A program made the translations under genes and the position numbers. DNA of 64,000 bases, taken from contig JAKPDK010000167.1 in the NCBI GenBank assembly GCA_029552745.1, forward strand, positions 7,622-71,621, given 5' to 3'. Shown piece by piece: positions 29,746 through 40,004 of this stretch. The DNA is from Candidatus Hydrogenedentota bacterium (GTDB lineage Bacteria > Hydrogenedentota > Hydrogenedentia > Hydrogenedentales > SLHB01). The notes beneath the pieces were generated by a model, which saw only the letters and a program-made list of their open reading frames with translations, made no database searches and was not told the DNA's origin. The number at the start of each line of letters is the position of its first letter. Positions within the stretch are counted from its first letter, which is position 1.

Positions 29746-31661
29746 AAGGCAGCCTCCTTTCTAAACGGTATGTAGTATTTCCCTTCTGGTTTATAGAACT
29801 TAGGTAGAGATTCCACATAGTTTAACCGTAACGAATGTAGCACAGGACTAAAAACGCCTATTCCTACGTTCACCAAATGAACCACAAGCGCCAAAGGAAT
29901 TCCCACCCAGAAAGTGGGCGCCTCCTCGCCCAATAAATTCGCTATTTCGGCAAGGACAGCGGACGCAATACCCAGCGCCATGAGTCGGGCATACGAAAGC
30001 ACATTGCCTATTAGAGAAACAATCTCCAACAGGTGGACCGCCGCCATGGCTCCCGCCGCTTTAAACAAAACTCCCGCAGCGGCAAGGAACAAGATCACCG
30101 CCATACCACCCAGTATGCCGATAGGCAATTCGGTAAGAAGCCCCACCGTTCCGGCAACGACCGCTCCCAATCCCAGAAGCAGCCCCGTTTTTTCCAACGC
30201 GTGACGCCGATGCCGTTGGCGAAAATCTTCAACAATACCGAGGACAAGACTGAGCGGCACGTGAATGAGACCAAAAAGAATCCCCCACGCTAACAACAAG
30301 TGGGCGTGGTGACCTCGATGAAACCATACAGGACCAAGACCGAACCACTCTTCGCCCAAAGTGCCCCCATATTCCCCAAAGAGAACGCCAAAGACGGCGC
30401 CAGATATCCCCATATACATCCCGACCGTACCAGCATTCTTAATTGCAGATAAATGCCTAAAACGCGAGCGGAGCGCCCACGCCGCAACTATCACCGCCAA
30501 ACCATACAGCACATCGCCCAAAATAAACCCATAAAACAACAAAAAGGTGATAGCAACGATGGGCGTCGGATCAAGGGTGCCATATGCCGGTGGTTTGAAA
30601 AGCGACAAAAGCACCTCAAACGGCTGGAACAACCGATGATTCTTCAACAAGGTCGGGATTTCTGCCGGGCTGATCCCCTGCAAGGACAAGTCTGACAAAA
30701 CAGCGCGACCACCAAACCGGCGCTCCATAGCGGTCTCTAAATCTGCAATTCTTTCGGTGGGCATCCACCCGTGAATCACCGCAAGAAGACGGCTTTGCGC
30801 AAAACGTTTCATAGCTTCAAACCGCGCTATTCGGTTTTGCACGACAAGGCGAACCGCATGAATCGTGGCGCCATTTTGCTCTGCGAAAGTGGCTGTTTCG
30901 CGTCGGACGTTTTCCAGCATCCTCCGTGACTCGGCAATCTCCGCGTCTAAGCGAGCCATAACGGCGTCCAGTTTGCCGCTGGGATATTTTTTGTGCGGCA
31001 TATCCAGACGTATAATGCCTTCCTCCTCTAGCAACTGCTCCACCTGATCGTTAAAGGCAACCGGATAAACAATCAAGCCCGCCATTACAGTTCGACTGAC
31101 TTTTCGAAGCAGTACATCGCATTCGGGACCGAACAGTGCCGCACAGTGACGTTCCAAATGGTCCACGGCGTCGCGGGGGGCATTTTGTAAGATGATGGCA
31201 CGCGCGCTTTTGCCCAATTCCACATCGCGCCCCCTCACCAGAGGCGCCACCCATTCCATCGCACGGCGGAATTGACTTAGCAACTCGATATTCTCCGCCA
31301 AACTTAAACGTTGCCTCGTCAAGTGCCGCAGCTGTCTTGTCCAAGCCCGAATCTGGGGACTTAATTCTTCCAAAGACGTCCGTTCCAACTCCTCCACGAG
31401 TCGAAGCACATGCGGCCTTACCGGCGTATACGACAACAACGGCATGATTTCATTTAAGGTCATCTGAAGATTGGTGAGGAGTTCGAATTCATCTTTTTGG
31501 GCTTCCGTCAAATGTACCCGATGAAGGAAACCCGACACACCCTCAACGACCAACGGAACTTCCTCTAAATGCAAATGCCCGTCGCTCTGGATGAACTCCA
31601 CCATTTCATCCAGCTCACGACGCAAACATACAATCTCGACTCGACTCATCCGGGCAATCAT
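29742..31661 (-). CDS. atpI: V/A-type ATP synthase subunit I (V0 a-subunit homolog)
   Basis: 639 aa. An N-terminal cytoplasmic coiled-coil domain is followed by a C-terminal ~8-TM domain. It has 4-nt overlaps with both neighbours. Confidence 0.8.
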   Translation of the reverse strand: MIARMSRVEIVCLRRELDEMVEFIQSDGHLHLEEVPLVVEGVSGFLHRVHLTEAQKDEFELLTNLQMTLNEIMPLLSYTPVRPHVLRLVEELERTSLEELSPQIRAWTRQLRHLTRQRLSLAENIELLSQFRRAMEWVAPLVRGRDVELGKSARAIILQNAPRDAVDHLERHCAALFGPECDVLLRKVSRTVMAGLIVYPVAFNDQVEQLLEEEGIIRLDMPHKKYPSGKLDAVMARLDAEIAESRRMLENVRRETATFAEQNGATIHAVRLVVQNRIARFEAMKRFAQSRLLAVIHGWMPTERIADLETAMERRFGGRAVLSDLSLQGISPAEIPTLLKNHRLFQPFEVLLSLFKPPAYGTLDPTPIVAITFLLFYGFILGDVLYGLAVIVAAWALRSRFRHLSAIKNAGTVGMYMGISGAVFGVLFGEYGGTLGEEWFGLGPVWFHRGHHAHLLLAWGILFGLIHVPLSLVLGIVEDFRQRHRRHALEKTGLLLGLGAVVAGTVGLLTELPIGILGGMAVILFLAAAGVLFKAAGAMAAVHLLEIVSLIGNVLSYARLMALGIASAVLAEIANLLGEEAPTFWVGIPLALVVHLVNVGIGVFSPVLHSLRLNYVESLPKFYKPEGKYYIPFRKEAAL

Positions 31662-32002
31662 ATAGCACCGTTTGTCTGATCATTGGGCAATAACAAAGAC
31701 AAGGCTTCCTGGATGAAGTCCGGTATTTGAGACTCTAATTCCGCGCGAAGAACCGCCACCAGATGCTCCGCCTCGGCAAGGATGCGCCCCCTCTCTTCTT
31801 CCCGCTTTCTTCGCCCCTCGTCGCAGATGACGCGTATTTCTGCGGCGAGCCTCTGCTCGGCTGCCGATAATAACCCGGCAGCCTCTTTTTCCGCCCGCGC
31901 GATCCTCTCTTCCGCATCCCGGCGGCTCTCTTCCAAACGGGTAACAAGCTGTTGCTCCCACACCGCTAATTCCGACAACAAAGAGCGTTCCTCTCCCGTC
32001 AA
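31658..32002 (-). CDS. V/A-type ATP synthase subunit G/H-like small coiled-coil protein (first gene of operon)
   Basis: 114 aa, Glu/Arg/Ala-rich helix. Its position 5' of atpI matches Thermus atpG. Assignment is by position and composition only. Confidence 0.45.
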   Translation of the reverse strand: MTGEERSLLSELAVWEQQLVTRLEESRRDAEERIARAEKEAAGLLSAAEQRLAAEIRVICDEGRRKREEERGRILAEAEHLVAVLRAELESQIPDFIQEALSLLLPNDQTNGAI

Positions 32003-32254
32003 CCTGGCCTCCCACTCAACACCTTAAAAGCTACCTAGCAACCTATAAGATCTCCCGTTTGGCTCACCAAACGATCGATTTCCCTCGTTACATGCTGATT
32101 GTGCCGAAATAACACGCATGAGGTCAATTCCTGGTAACGCGTTTCTCCATCTCTGAAAACAACAAAAGATGCCCCATTTTCTATTTCCCCGCAGCGCTCC
32201 CACTTGCGCCCGCAAGTGACACAAAACAACCTCCTTTCGTACGTTGCTGCGTTC

Positions 32255-32445
32255 CACCACGCTTCTCCCCGCGAGTGCCGCCCGGGGACGAATCTTTTTA
32301 CCCAGAACCCTACGTTGTCATTGCGAGGAACCCCGCCATTCCCACACCTTTTTCTCGAACCCTACGTTGTCATTGCGAGGAGCCCCGAAGGGGCGACGTG
32401 GCAATCCCCTCAGGTATTCGAAAATGCCCCGGGACCCTGCCTTAT
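32255..32445. repeat. MITE-like palindromic element copy (two 'gttgtcattgcgagga' cores) in the V-ATPase operon upstream region
   Basis: 'ccctacgttgtcattgcgaggaaccccgcc...ccctacgttgtcattgcgaggagccccgaaggggcgacgtggcaatcccctcagg'. Confidence 0.7.
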
Positions 32446-32579
32446 GTCTTCGTGCGCCAAGCGCTGAGAAGGATTACTTCCTGACAGCGACGCACCCCCA
32501 CTGCTTGCAGCGGCAACAGGGGAGAAGCCAACTTTGAAAAGACATAGCCCTTCCGCGGGTGTAGAAAGTTATACGCGAC

Positions 32580-34571
32580 TCAATCCTGCTTCTGATAGCA
32601 AAACACGGCGGCGGATGGTTTTTCCGTCAAAGAAATCGGGAGCCCCTTCTCAACAAGCTCCTTGCCAAGAAATGAAGACGGTTTTTCTGGCTCATCTACA
32701 TGAACAACCGAGTAATGGGACTCGGGTTCCAATGCGTAAAGCGGTAGCTGAGCCATAACATACGGGCTGTTAGCGCGGCGAAAGACTTGGACAAATCCCG
32801 TGCCTTTTTGGGGTAAGTCAAACTGCCAAGCAATCCAGTCGGATTCTTTCAGGGAGTACGAGGTGAGGGGATAATAATCGCCGAGATAATTGGGAGCCCA
32901 TTGCTTCCATTGTTCGAGGACCCTTTTCATGGCGCCCCAATCCAACGTGTCATCGCGTTGGTCCCAGCACGCGTTAAAGGCGGGACACAATACACTACGA
33001 ATCAGATAGGTATCGGTTTTGGACGTACCGGTACCGTAGTAAGGAAGCCACGAAGCCAACGCAAAAGAATGACACTGGTTGCCTAAGGGTTCCATAATGT
33101 AGTCACTACGCAAAAGAGGCACGGCGCGTCGCAACGTCTCGAGATCGTTCCGTCTGCCGCCACTCGCACAAGAATCAATAAGCAACCCCGGGTGGCGTCT
33201 CAAAAGCTCATCCCAATAGGCAAAATACCCTTCCACATGTTTTATCTCTGTGATTCCTTGTCGGTCTTCGGTATCATTGGCGCGCCAGTAGGGAAGAGGA
33301 TCTATATTGAAATCCTGCCGATACAAGTCGATGCCTTGATCTGTAATCAATCGATCAACATGATTCACGAGCCACGTCCAAGCCTCGGGATTCCCTAAGT
33401 TCAACAAGCCGCCCGACTTGCCACCCAGTATCCATTCGGGGTGATTTTCCGCCAACCATGTCTCAGGAGCCACCCGCTCCGGTTCAAACCAAACAATCGT
33501 CTTGACTCCCCGAGCATGAGCATGATCACTGATAGCACGCAACCCACCGGGAAACCGGTCGAGGTCAACTTCCCATGTCCCCGTGTGAGGCCAACCGGTC
33601 TTGTTGTAATACCATCCGGCATCCATCCACCAATAATCCAACTTGATTCCCCGTTCCAGGTATTTGTCAATGAAAAATATCTGATTGTCGCGATTGGCGT
33701 GTATCATTTCGCCGAACTGGTGGGAACTGCAGGCGGCAAGTTGCGGCACCAGCGGGAGACTACCTCCCGGACGAGGCAAATTGTGCTCTAGCATCCATGC
33801 CCGAAATACGTTTTGCGCATGGACGCGGCTACCTTTCCAGAATTGAATTACAATGAGCGGCGCCCGCACCCGTTCCCCGGGATATAATTTGAAATGAGTC
33901 AGTTCTTGTCCCGCTAGGATTCGAAGATCATTCTTGTCTCCACGTTTGAATTTCGCCGACCACTGGCCTGCCCAACTCACTACAAAAATGATGCCCCGGT
34001 CACCCCAAGAGACGTTGAAATAAGGAAACGCCGTCTGGGTGGGACGTCCACCTGTGTTCGCTATATTTAACTCCGTGTTCGGCAGCAGCGGGTCTTCCAA
34101 CGGTTGGTAACTGTCGGCTGTGCAATTGTCTCCCTTGTTGTGATAGAGGATAATTGCCTCTGAGGTCTCATAGGTGAATGGGGCATCTACCGATCGGATG
34201 TCGCGTAGTATCGGTGTCTCATGATCCCCGGTATTCTCGAAATACAACGTCCACTCGATCGTCGGATAATCGCGGTAAGCAACAAGCACACACCGTACCA
34301 GTAACCCCGTGCGTGGATCCAAATACTCCAGCGTATATTCCGTAGAGCCATCGTTAAGAGCCCGTTTCGTCTGATTCACGGTCCAAGACGAAACTAAATC
34401 AGCAAAGGACTTATCGTCGTACACGAAAGAGAAAAACGGGGAAGCAACCGCGTCACCTTTGTCCCCCAGTTCGCGTGTTATCCACCGCTGTGCTTCTTGG
34501 ATCTCCTCGTCCGTAGGAAGCGCACTACTCGCCGCCTGAAACCCCAATGCCATCAGCATCGCCGTCATCAT
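32580..34571 (-). CDS. secreted glycoside hydrolase, GH36/melibiase (alpha-galactosidase)-like
   Basis: 663 aa with a signal peptide. 'LDYWWMDAGWY' and 'GVKTIVWFEPERVAPETWLAENHPEW' match the melibiase pattern D..GW...G.KfGlW.EPE.v...S.l...HP.W. Confidence 0.5.
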   Translation of the reverse strand: MMTAMLMALGFQAASSALPTDEEIQEAQRWITRELGDKGDAVASPFFSFVYDDKSFADLVSSWTVNQTKRALNDGSTEYTLEYLDPRTGLLVRCVLVAYRDYPTIEWTLYFENTGDHETPILRDIRSVDAPFTYETSEAIILYHNKGDNCTADSYQPLEDPLLPNTELNIANTGGRPTQTAFPYFNVSWGDRGIIFVVSWAGQWSAKFKRGDKNDLRILAGQELTHFKLYPGERVRAPLIVIQFWKGSRVHAQNVFRAWMLEHNLPRPGGSLPLVPQLAACSSHQFGEMIHANRDNQIFFIDKYLERGIKLDYWWMDAGWYYNKTGWPHTGTWEVDLDRFPGGLRAISDHAHARGVKTIVWFEPERVAPETWLAENHPEWILGGKSGGLLNLGNPEAWTWLVNHVDRLITDQGIDLYRQDFNIDPLPYWRANDTEDRQGITEIKHVEGYFAYWDELLRRHPGLLIDSCASGGRRNDLETLRRAVPLLRSDYIMEPLGNQCHSFALASWLPYYGTGTSKTDTYLIRSVLCPAFNACWDQRDDTLDWGAMKRVLEQWKQWAPNYLGDYYPLTSYSLKESDWIAWQFDLPQKGTGFVQVFRRANSPYVMAQLPLYALEPESHYSVVHVDEPEKPSSFLGKELVEKGLPISLTEKPSAAVFCYQKQD

Positions 34572-35047
34572 GGTCCTTTTCTCCTACAGTTGGTGCACAA
34601 TAGAAACCTAACTTCAAGCATATGCCATTGGAAACATAGCCGCAACCTTTACCGGCGTCCAGTTTTCCGATCGCAAAGGAAGTGCGAGGAAATGAAGTTG
34701 TCGGGTCAAGGACGCCGACCCCGTGCATGACAGCCACGCAGGAAGGCGATTAAGACGGGCAAGTTGGGTCTTGCCCCAGACCCCTCGGGCTCGATTCCAG
34801 TCTTCTCCCCGTTAGAGGATATAACCAAGACGGCTTTAAGAGATCTGTCGAATACACAATGAAGGCGTAAGCCCACAGACTTATAACGAAGTTCTGCACC
34901 ATGCCCCAAAAAATAAGATTTGAAAAGGGCTTGCTACCTCGAGGGGCGGTTAACAATTACGATAGAAATTTCTGTTTTCGGAAGGTTGCGAGACAGTGAC
35001 TTGTTATTCCAAAATGTACAAAACCATATGAGCACAAGGAGTTTCAA

Positions 35048-35875
35048 ATGCTTGAAAAGGCCGCAACCTATTACGATTCGCCTGAAATGACGCAACATAT
35101 TGCGTGCTCCTCGCTCGCGCGTACCGGAAGGCTTCGGTTTGCTATTTCACAAGAGGAGTCAGGTAAAACCATTCTTGATCTGGGGTGTGGACCCGGCACG
35201 CAGATCAGCTATCTTGCGCCAAGGAATTTTGTCGTAGGGACAGATGCGGGTTTCCGTATGCTACAGCAAGCCCGTTCGGCGGGGCTTGCTCCATGCCGTG
35301 CCGACTTCGAACAACCCTTTTTGCCGTTTCGTGAGGACTCCTTCGACATTGTTGTCTGTACAGACGTTATTGAACACGTCCGATATCCTCTTCATTTGTT
35401 AAAAGAAATTCATCGTATTCTTAAGCCCGACGGGGCCGCCATATTGAGTGTTCCCAACCAATATAACGTCGAACATCGACTAAAGATTCTTTTTGGCGGT
35501 AATATCTTGGCTAGGTGGGATCACAAGGACTTCCATGCGTGGGATTATTTCCATCTACACTTTTGGACATGGCGCGATTTTCAGGATTTTGTGCGTGTTG
35601 GCGGTTTCGAGATAACCGATACTTATCACGAACAAGTGCCCATAGAAGTGTTGCAATTGTTGCGGTTACTGACGCAACCGGACTATCTTGCCGACTGGCA
35701 TCGGCGTCATCGCAAAGAGAAATTATACCGATTGGTCGTAACTTTGGTCTCCGCAGGGTTGCGTTTGACAAGACTTGGTAAGTTCTTACCCACTTACCTT
35801 CCGAAGTGGTTCCCGTCTCTATTCACAGAGTCCCATATCGCTCGCGTCGTCAAGTCTAACAAGAGTTCTTTTTGA
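35048..35875 (+). CDS. class I SAM-dependent methyltransferase
   Basis: 'ILDLGCGPGTQISYL', 'DIVVCTDVIEHV', 'LKPDGAAILSVPN'. Confidence 0.65.
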   Translation: MLEKAATYYDSPEMTQHIACSSLARTGRLRFAISQEESGKTILDLGCGPGTQISYLAPRNFVVGTDAGFRMLQQARSAGLAPCRADFEQPFLPFREDSFDIVVCTDVIEHVRYPLHLLKEIHRILKPDGAAILSVPNQYNVEHRLKILFGGNILARWDHKDFHAWDYFHLHFWTWRDFQDFVRVGGFEITDTYHEQVPIEVLQLLRLLTQPDYLADWHRRHRKEKLYRLVVTLVSAGLRLTRLGKFLPTYLPKWFPSLFTESHIARVVKSNKSSF

Positions 35876-35955
35876 CGCTGCAATGAAATACAGCCGGTAG
35901 TCGTATCTAGTCGGAAGTTGCGTCGGCGGGGCGGGTTGCCTAAGATCTCGGGGCG

Positions 35956-38313
35956 ATGCAGAAAGAAATAGAACATATGTTGGTCCCATCTAAAGATTCC
36001 CTCCGGACGCGGGAATTACTGCTACATAGCGCGGTCTTGGTCGCGTTACTTGTTTTTGTATTCCCCAAAGTCTTCTTCTTGGGACATGTGATTGCCCCGG
36101 GCGACATTCTGTTCCAGTGTCCGCCGTGGCGTGATTACGCCCCGCCGGGATGGGAACGTCCGGCAAATCGGCTTATGTCCGACGTGCTCACGGCCTTTTA
36201 TCCGTATTACGCTATTTCCCTTCATGCCTTGCAGCATAACGAGTGGCCTCTTTGGAATCCCTTTGAACTTGCGGGTGTCCCTCTCATGGCGAATTATCAG
36301 TCCGCGGTGTTCTACCCGCCACGGCTGCTGCACGTACTTTTCGGGTTACGATGGGGGACTACGTTTTATATCCTAGCGAAACTCTGGCTATGCGGCATGA
36401 CAGCCTACCTATGCGCGAGGGTTTTGGGATTGCGGCGTCCGGCAGCACGATTCTTGTCGGTTGGATGGATGTTCGCCAGTTATAACCTCATCTGGTGCAA
36501 TTGGTCGCTTCCAGACGTGAGTGCATGGTTGCCGGTGGTCTTCATGGGTACCGAGCAGATCCTCGCTCAGGCGTATCGTCGTGGTTTCTTCGCCCTCGCT
36601 TTAGGCGGTACGTTGCTTTTGTTAGCTGGGCATCCCGAAACGGCGTTCACGATGGGGCTGGGCGTGGGCATTTATTTTCTGTGCCGTCTGATATACGAAC
36701 GTCGTCCCGTCATCGATTGGCTTCGGGCAGGAGGCGTTTGCCTCGCCGGTTGGGGACTCGCTATTGCCGTTAGTGCAGCCCAGATTCTGCCGTTTTTGGA
36801 GTATCTCGTTCATTGTTCCACGTTCATGGAACGGGTACAGGAACAAAAAATGACCTGGCTTCCAGCGAGCGTGTCCCTCCTTTTCTGGGTGCCGCGCTTT
36901 TTCGGCACAAGCGCCGAGGGAAACTACTGGGGAGCGATTAACTCCAACCTATACGCCATGGTATACCCGGGAATTCCCGTTTGGGTTGCGATCGGGGTGC
37001 TCATACCGTCCATGCGGGCAGAGCGCACGGAGCGGGCGCGCGCCATAGCCTTGGTCACCTCATGCCTTTTATGTTGCGCGTTTGCCTTTGAAGTCTATCC
37101 GTTCTCCCTGATCAGTCGGTTGCCGGTTTTCAGTTCCCTTATCATCGCCTATCACGTCGCCTTTCCCGTGTTCGCTATTCCCCTGTTAGGCGCGATTGCG
37201 ATGGATCGTTGGTTCGAAAAACCCCGAACGTGGGGCGCGTTGATTTGGGTTGGTTTGTGGGCAATCCCCGTCTTGCTCTTGGCAGCATTCCTGCTGCATT
37301 TCTTTGGTCCCGTCATTCGCAGTGCCCGCCTGGGGGACTACGTCCGCTTCCAGCTGCTGGTTGCCGTGGCATTAGCCGTAGTCTCCACGCTCCTCTTGGC
37401 GACAGGCTCCTGGAGAAACGCCTCGCGCTGGGCGCCTGCTCTGCTTACCGTTCTCCTCGCGATAGACCTGGGATTTGCCAATCGCGGATTGAACCCCACT
37501 ATGCCCGCAAAAGACGTATTTCCCGAAACGCAATTGACAACCTTTCTCAAGAATCAACCGCAGCCTTGTCGGGTGGGTACCGGGGAAGGTAACATTGCCT
37601 CGGGACTAGTCACGGTGTACGGCATCGAAGAATGGCTCGGTTACGATGGGTTGTATCCGGAACGCATCATCCGTTTTCAGAAAACCTTAGGGGAAAATTT
37701 CTGGAAGGCAATCGAACCGGCGGCTTCGATTCAGTTTTACCTTCATGACCCGCGGTTCGAACCGGTGTTTCCCCTTGACAAAACCGGCGCCCATGAACGG
37801 GTTGGACAATTCAATGGACTGGAAGTATACCGAAACCGCCGCGCTCTTCCCCGTGCATTTCTAGTGAACCAGGCGGAAATCATCTCGGATAAAAACGCTT
37901 TATTTTCCCGCATGATGGAATCATCGTTCCGACCGGAAAACGTTGTTCTTTTGGAACGTGCCCCCGAGAAATGCTCCTTGCCTACGCCTTCGGCGGGGTT
38001 TCAGGGCAACGCGCGAATCCTAGAACACACCGCGACCCGTTGCCTTCTGGAGACGGAGACAAATGCGCCGGCTGTGCTAGTTTTGGCGGATGCGTACTAC
38101 CCCGGCTGGACGGCACGACTGGATGGACAACCCGCAGAAATACTCCCCGCCTATTACATTTTCCGGGCTGTGGTCGTCCCGGAAGGCAATCACCGTGTGG
38201 AATTTACTTATTTTCCTATGAGTCTACGAATCGGATTGGCGATAAGCGCAGTGGGACTTGTTTTCGGCGTTTTCTTGGCTGTTACTACAAGACGTCGCCC
38301 ATCAACGACCTAG
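35956..38313 (+). CDS. YfhO-family polytopic membrane protein (putative glycosyltransferase / lipid-linked glycan handling)
   Basis: 785 aa with >12 TM helices. The C-terminal soluble domain 'ADAYYPGWTARLDGQPAEILPAYYIFRAVVVPEGNHRVEFTYFP' matches the YfhO C-terminal pattern. Confidence 0.55.
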   Translation: MQKEIEHMLVPSKDSLRTRELLLHSAVLVALLVFVFPKVFFLGHVIAPGDILFQCPPWRDYAPPGWERPANRLMSDVLTAFYPYYAISLHALQHNEWPLWNPFELAGVPLMANYQSAVFYPPRLLHVLFGLRWGTTFYILAKLWLCGMTAYLCARVLGLRRPAARFLSVGWMFASYNLIWCNWSLPDVSAWLPVVFMGTEQILAQAYRRGFFALALGGTLLLLAGHPETAFTMGLGVGIYFLCRLIYERRPVIDWLRAGGVCLAGWGLAIAVSAAQILPFLEYLVHCSTFMERVQEQKMTWLPASVSLLFWVPRFFGTSAEGNYWGAINSNLYAMVYPGIPVWVAIGVLIPSMRAERTERARAIALVTSCLLCCAFAFEVYPFSLISRLPVFSSLIIAYHVAFPVFAIPLLGAIAMDRWFEKPRTWGALIWVGLWAIPVLLLAAFLLHFFGPVIRSARLGDYVRFQLLVAVALAVVSTLLLATGSWRNASRWAPALLTVLLAIDLGFANRGLNPTMPAKDVFPETQLTTFLKNQPQPCRVGTGEGNIASGLVTVYGIEEWLGYDGLYPERIIRFQKTLGENFWKAIEPAASIQFYLHDPRFEPVFPLDKTGAHERVGQFNGLEVYRNRRALPRAFLVNQAEIISDKNALFSRMMESSFRPENVVLLERAPEKCSLPTPSAGFQGNARILEHTATRCLLETETNAPAVLVLADAYYPGWTARLDGQPAEILPAYYIFRAVVVPEGNHRVEFTYFPMSLRIGLAISAVGLVFGVFLAVTTRRRPSTT

Positions 38314-39081
38314 AACATTTTGGACTCGGCGCAACAACTCCTGATGGACAGCCGGATTTCCCGCTACAACCACCGGCGGCACCGTCCGTTCGGGCTTGTT
38401 GAAACGTAGTTCGTTTCCAAAAGCATCCGTGATACGGCCGCCCGCCTCTTCAACAGCGCACGGTGCCCAGGCATAATCGTGTTCGCCTGCGCGGGACGCA
38501 TCCAGCACACACCCATCGATTTCACCTAAACATAACTGCACGATCTCGAGCGCCGGCAAGTAGTAAGCACGCGACCACGTCTTGAATGATTCAAATTCCT
38601 TGCCGTACGCCGAAATGCGGGCATCCTCAAACACACGACCAGAAACTCGAACCCGCTGTCCGTTGACAAAACACCCATCCCCCCGTCTGCTATATACGGT
38701 CAATCCCAACGCCGGGAAAAAGGCCGAGGATTCAATAGAAACCCCCTGATGACAACGCCCAATCAAAATACCAAATTCGGCTGAATTCCGGGCAAACAAC
38801 GAGGTGCCATCGATAGGGTCCACCAGCCATACCGTGTTTGCTTTCAGGCGAGTTAAGTCGTCCGGCGTCTCTTCCGAAAGCACCGGTTCATCCGGCACAT
38901 GAGTCCGTATGCCTTCCGTTACCACCCGGTTCACCTCGAGATCTGCCGTGGTCACGATAGAACCATCGGGTTTTTGGTAAACCTCAAATTGCCCCATGTA
39001 ATAGTGCATGGCAACATCGCCCGCTTGTTTTATCAGAGCTATCAACCACTCCCGCGCTGCGTCTTTCAAAACGTTTTTCAC
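38302..39081 (-). CDS. inositol monophosphatase family protein / 3'(2'),5'-bisphosphate nucleotidase CysQ-like
   Basis: 'WLVDPIDGT' metal-binding motif and 'EETPDD' in an IMPase fold, 259 aa. Convergent 12-nt overlap with yfhO. Confidence 0.7.
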   Translation of the reverse strand: MKNVLKDAAREWLIALIKQAGDVAMHYYMGQFEVYQKPDGSIVTTADLEVNRVVTEGIRTHVPDEPVLSEETPDDLTRLKANTVWLVDPIDGTSLFARNSAEFGILIGRCHQGVSIESSAFFPALGLTVYSRRGDGCFVNGQRVRVSGRVFEDARISAYGKEFESFKTWSRAYYLPALEIVQLCLGEIDGCVLDASRAGEHDYAWAPCAVEEAGGRITDAFGNELRFNKPERTVPPVVVAGNPAVHQELLRRVQNVLGR

Positions 39082-39439
39082 GAAAACCCCTTTCTCAACC
39101 TTTCCAACACTTCGTGGGGAGCCTCAAGGAAATCAAAGTATCCTATCAAAACGCTCACGACCTATTCGTCCCCGCCATTTTCGTGACAACCCCCCTTGTT
39201 TCGAGAACACCAAACGCTGCGTAAACCTGCACCCCAATAAACAGCACCGCCGGAAGCTTTTCACAGCCTCCGGCGACGTGCTAGCCTTAGAGTCCTCCTC
39301 TTGTAAGCTCCGTACTAATTTTACCTTCATCCGATACCGATTGCCAAATCTTACCTATGTGTTTCACTTTCTCCCCTCTTAGCGCGCGCATGTTAACCAC
39401 AAGCAGAAACGCAGCGAGATGAACTGCCCCAAAAAGAGT

Positions 39440-39745
39440 TCGTTGTCATTGCGAGAAATGGGTGTTCAACACGACGAAGCAATCTCCGCCTCTTTTTGTA
39501 GGGGCGAGACATGCCTCGCCCTTTCACGTCCTTGCCCGGGACGCGCCTCTTGTTGCCGATTGCCCAGCATTGTCATTGCGAGGAGCGAATCTTCGAAGCG
39601 ACGAAGCAATCCCCTCACCCGCGCAGCGGAACAGGACGTATTGCTTTACCGTGGCTATCCCCCAATTCTCGAGGGGATTGCCACGTCGCCCCTGCGGGGC
39701 TCCTCGCAATGACAACCTGGGGGACATAGCGCAAGCGGGTCTTGA
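39440..39745. repeat. MITE-like palindromic element, composite copy immediately upstream of the csm6-like/cas6-like cassette
   Basis: 'gttgtcattgcgagaaatgg...acgacgaagcaatctcc...gtaggggcgagacatgcctcgccc...cattgtcattgcgaggagcgaatcttcgaagcgacgaagcaatcccctc...gaggggattgccacgtcgcccctgcggggctcctcgcaatgacaacc'. Confidence 0.75.
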
Positions 39746-40004
39746 GGGAGACTGGGTTGGCCCCAAATTACCAAGGGCATTGCCAGGGCGTTTTTTCGGC
39801 ATCCCTCGCAAGAACAATGCTAAGGCCCCGACAAGAATCATATGGGCAAAGGACTTTCTGTTGTTGCGTTGAATCTCCTTAAGAAAGTGGCGCAACATAG
39901 TACCACTGTTTTGAACACAATCGTTCATATATGGGGCAAGGTAGATATGGGGTTTTGACGTATGGTGCTGTTCACCTTACGTGTCAGATTCGAGGAAACG
40001 CATC

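Noticed and set aside
31680-32027. Alternative-frame ORFs overlapping the V-ATPase G-like gene (31680..32015 -, 31735..31947 -, 31782..32027 +)
   Set aside because: These are Arg/Gly-rich low-complexity translations of the coiled-coil gene's GC-rich sequence. The in-operon frame (31658..32002) is preferred because of its 4-nt coupling to atpI.
34745-34815. tRNA-like 3' end ('gggctcgattccagtcttctcccc')
   Set aside because: No acceptable cloverleaf could be built. The T-loop would be CGATTCC rather than TTCRANY, no matching 5' acceptor strand lies upstream, and the T-stem needs two G-U pairs. It is probably fortuitous.
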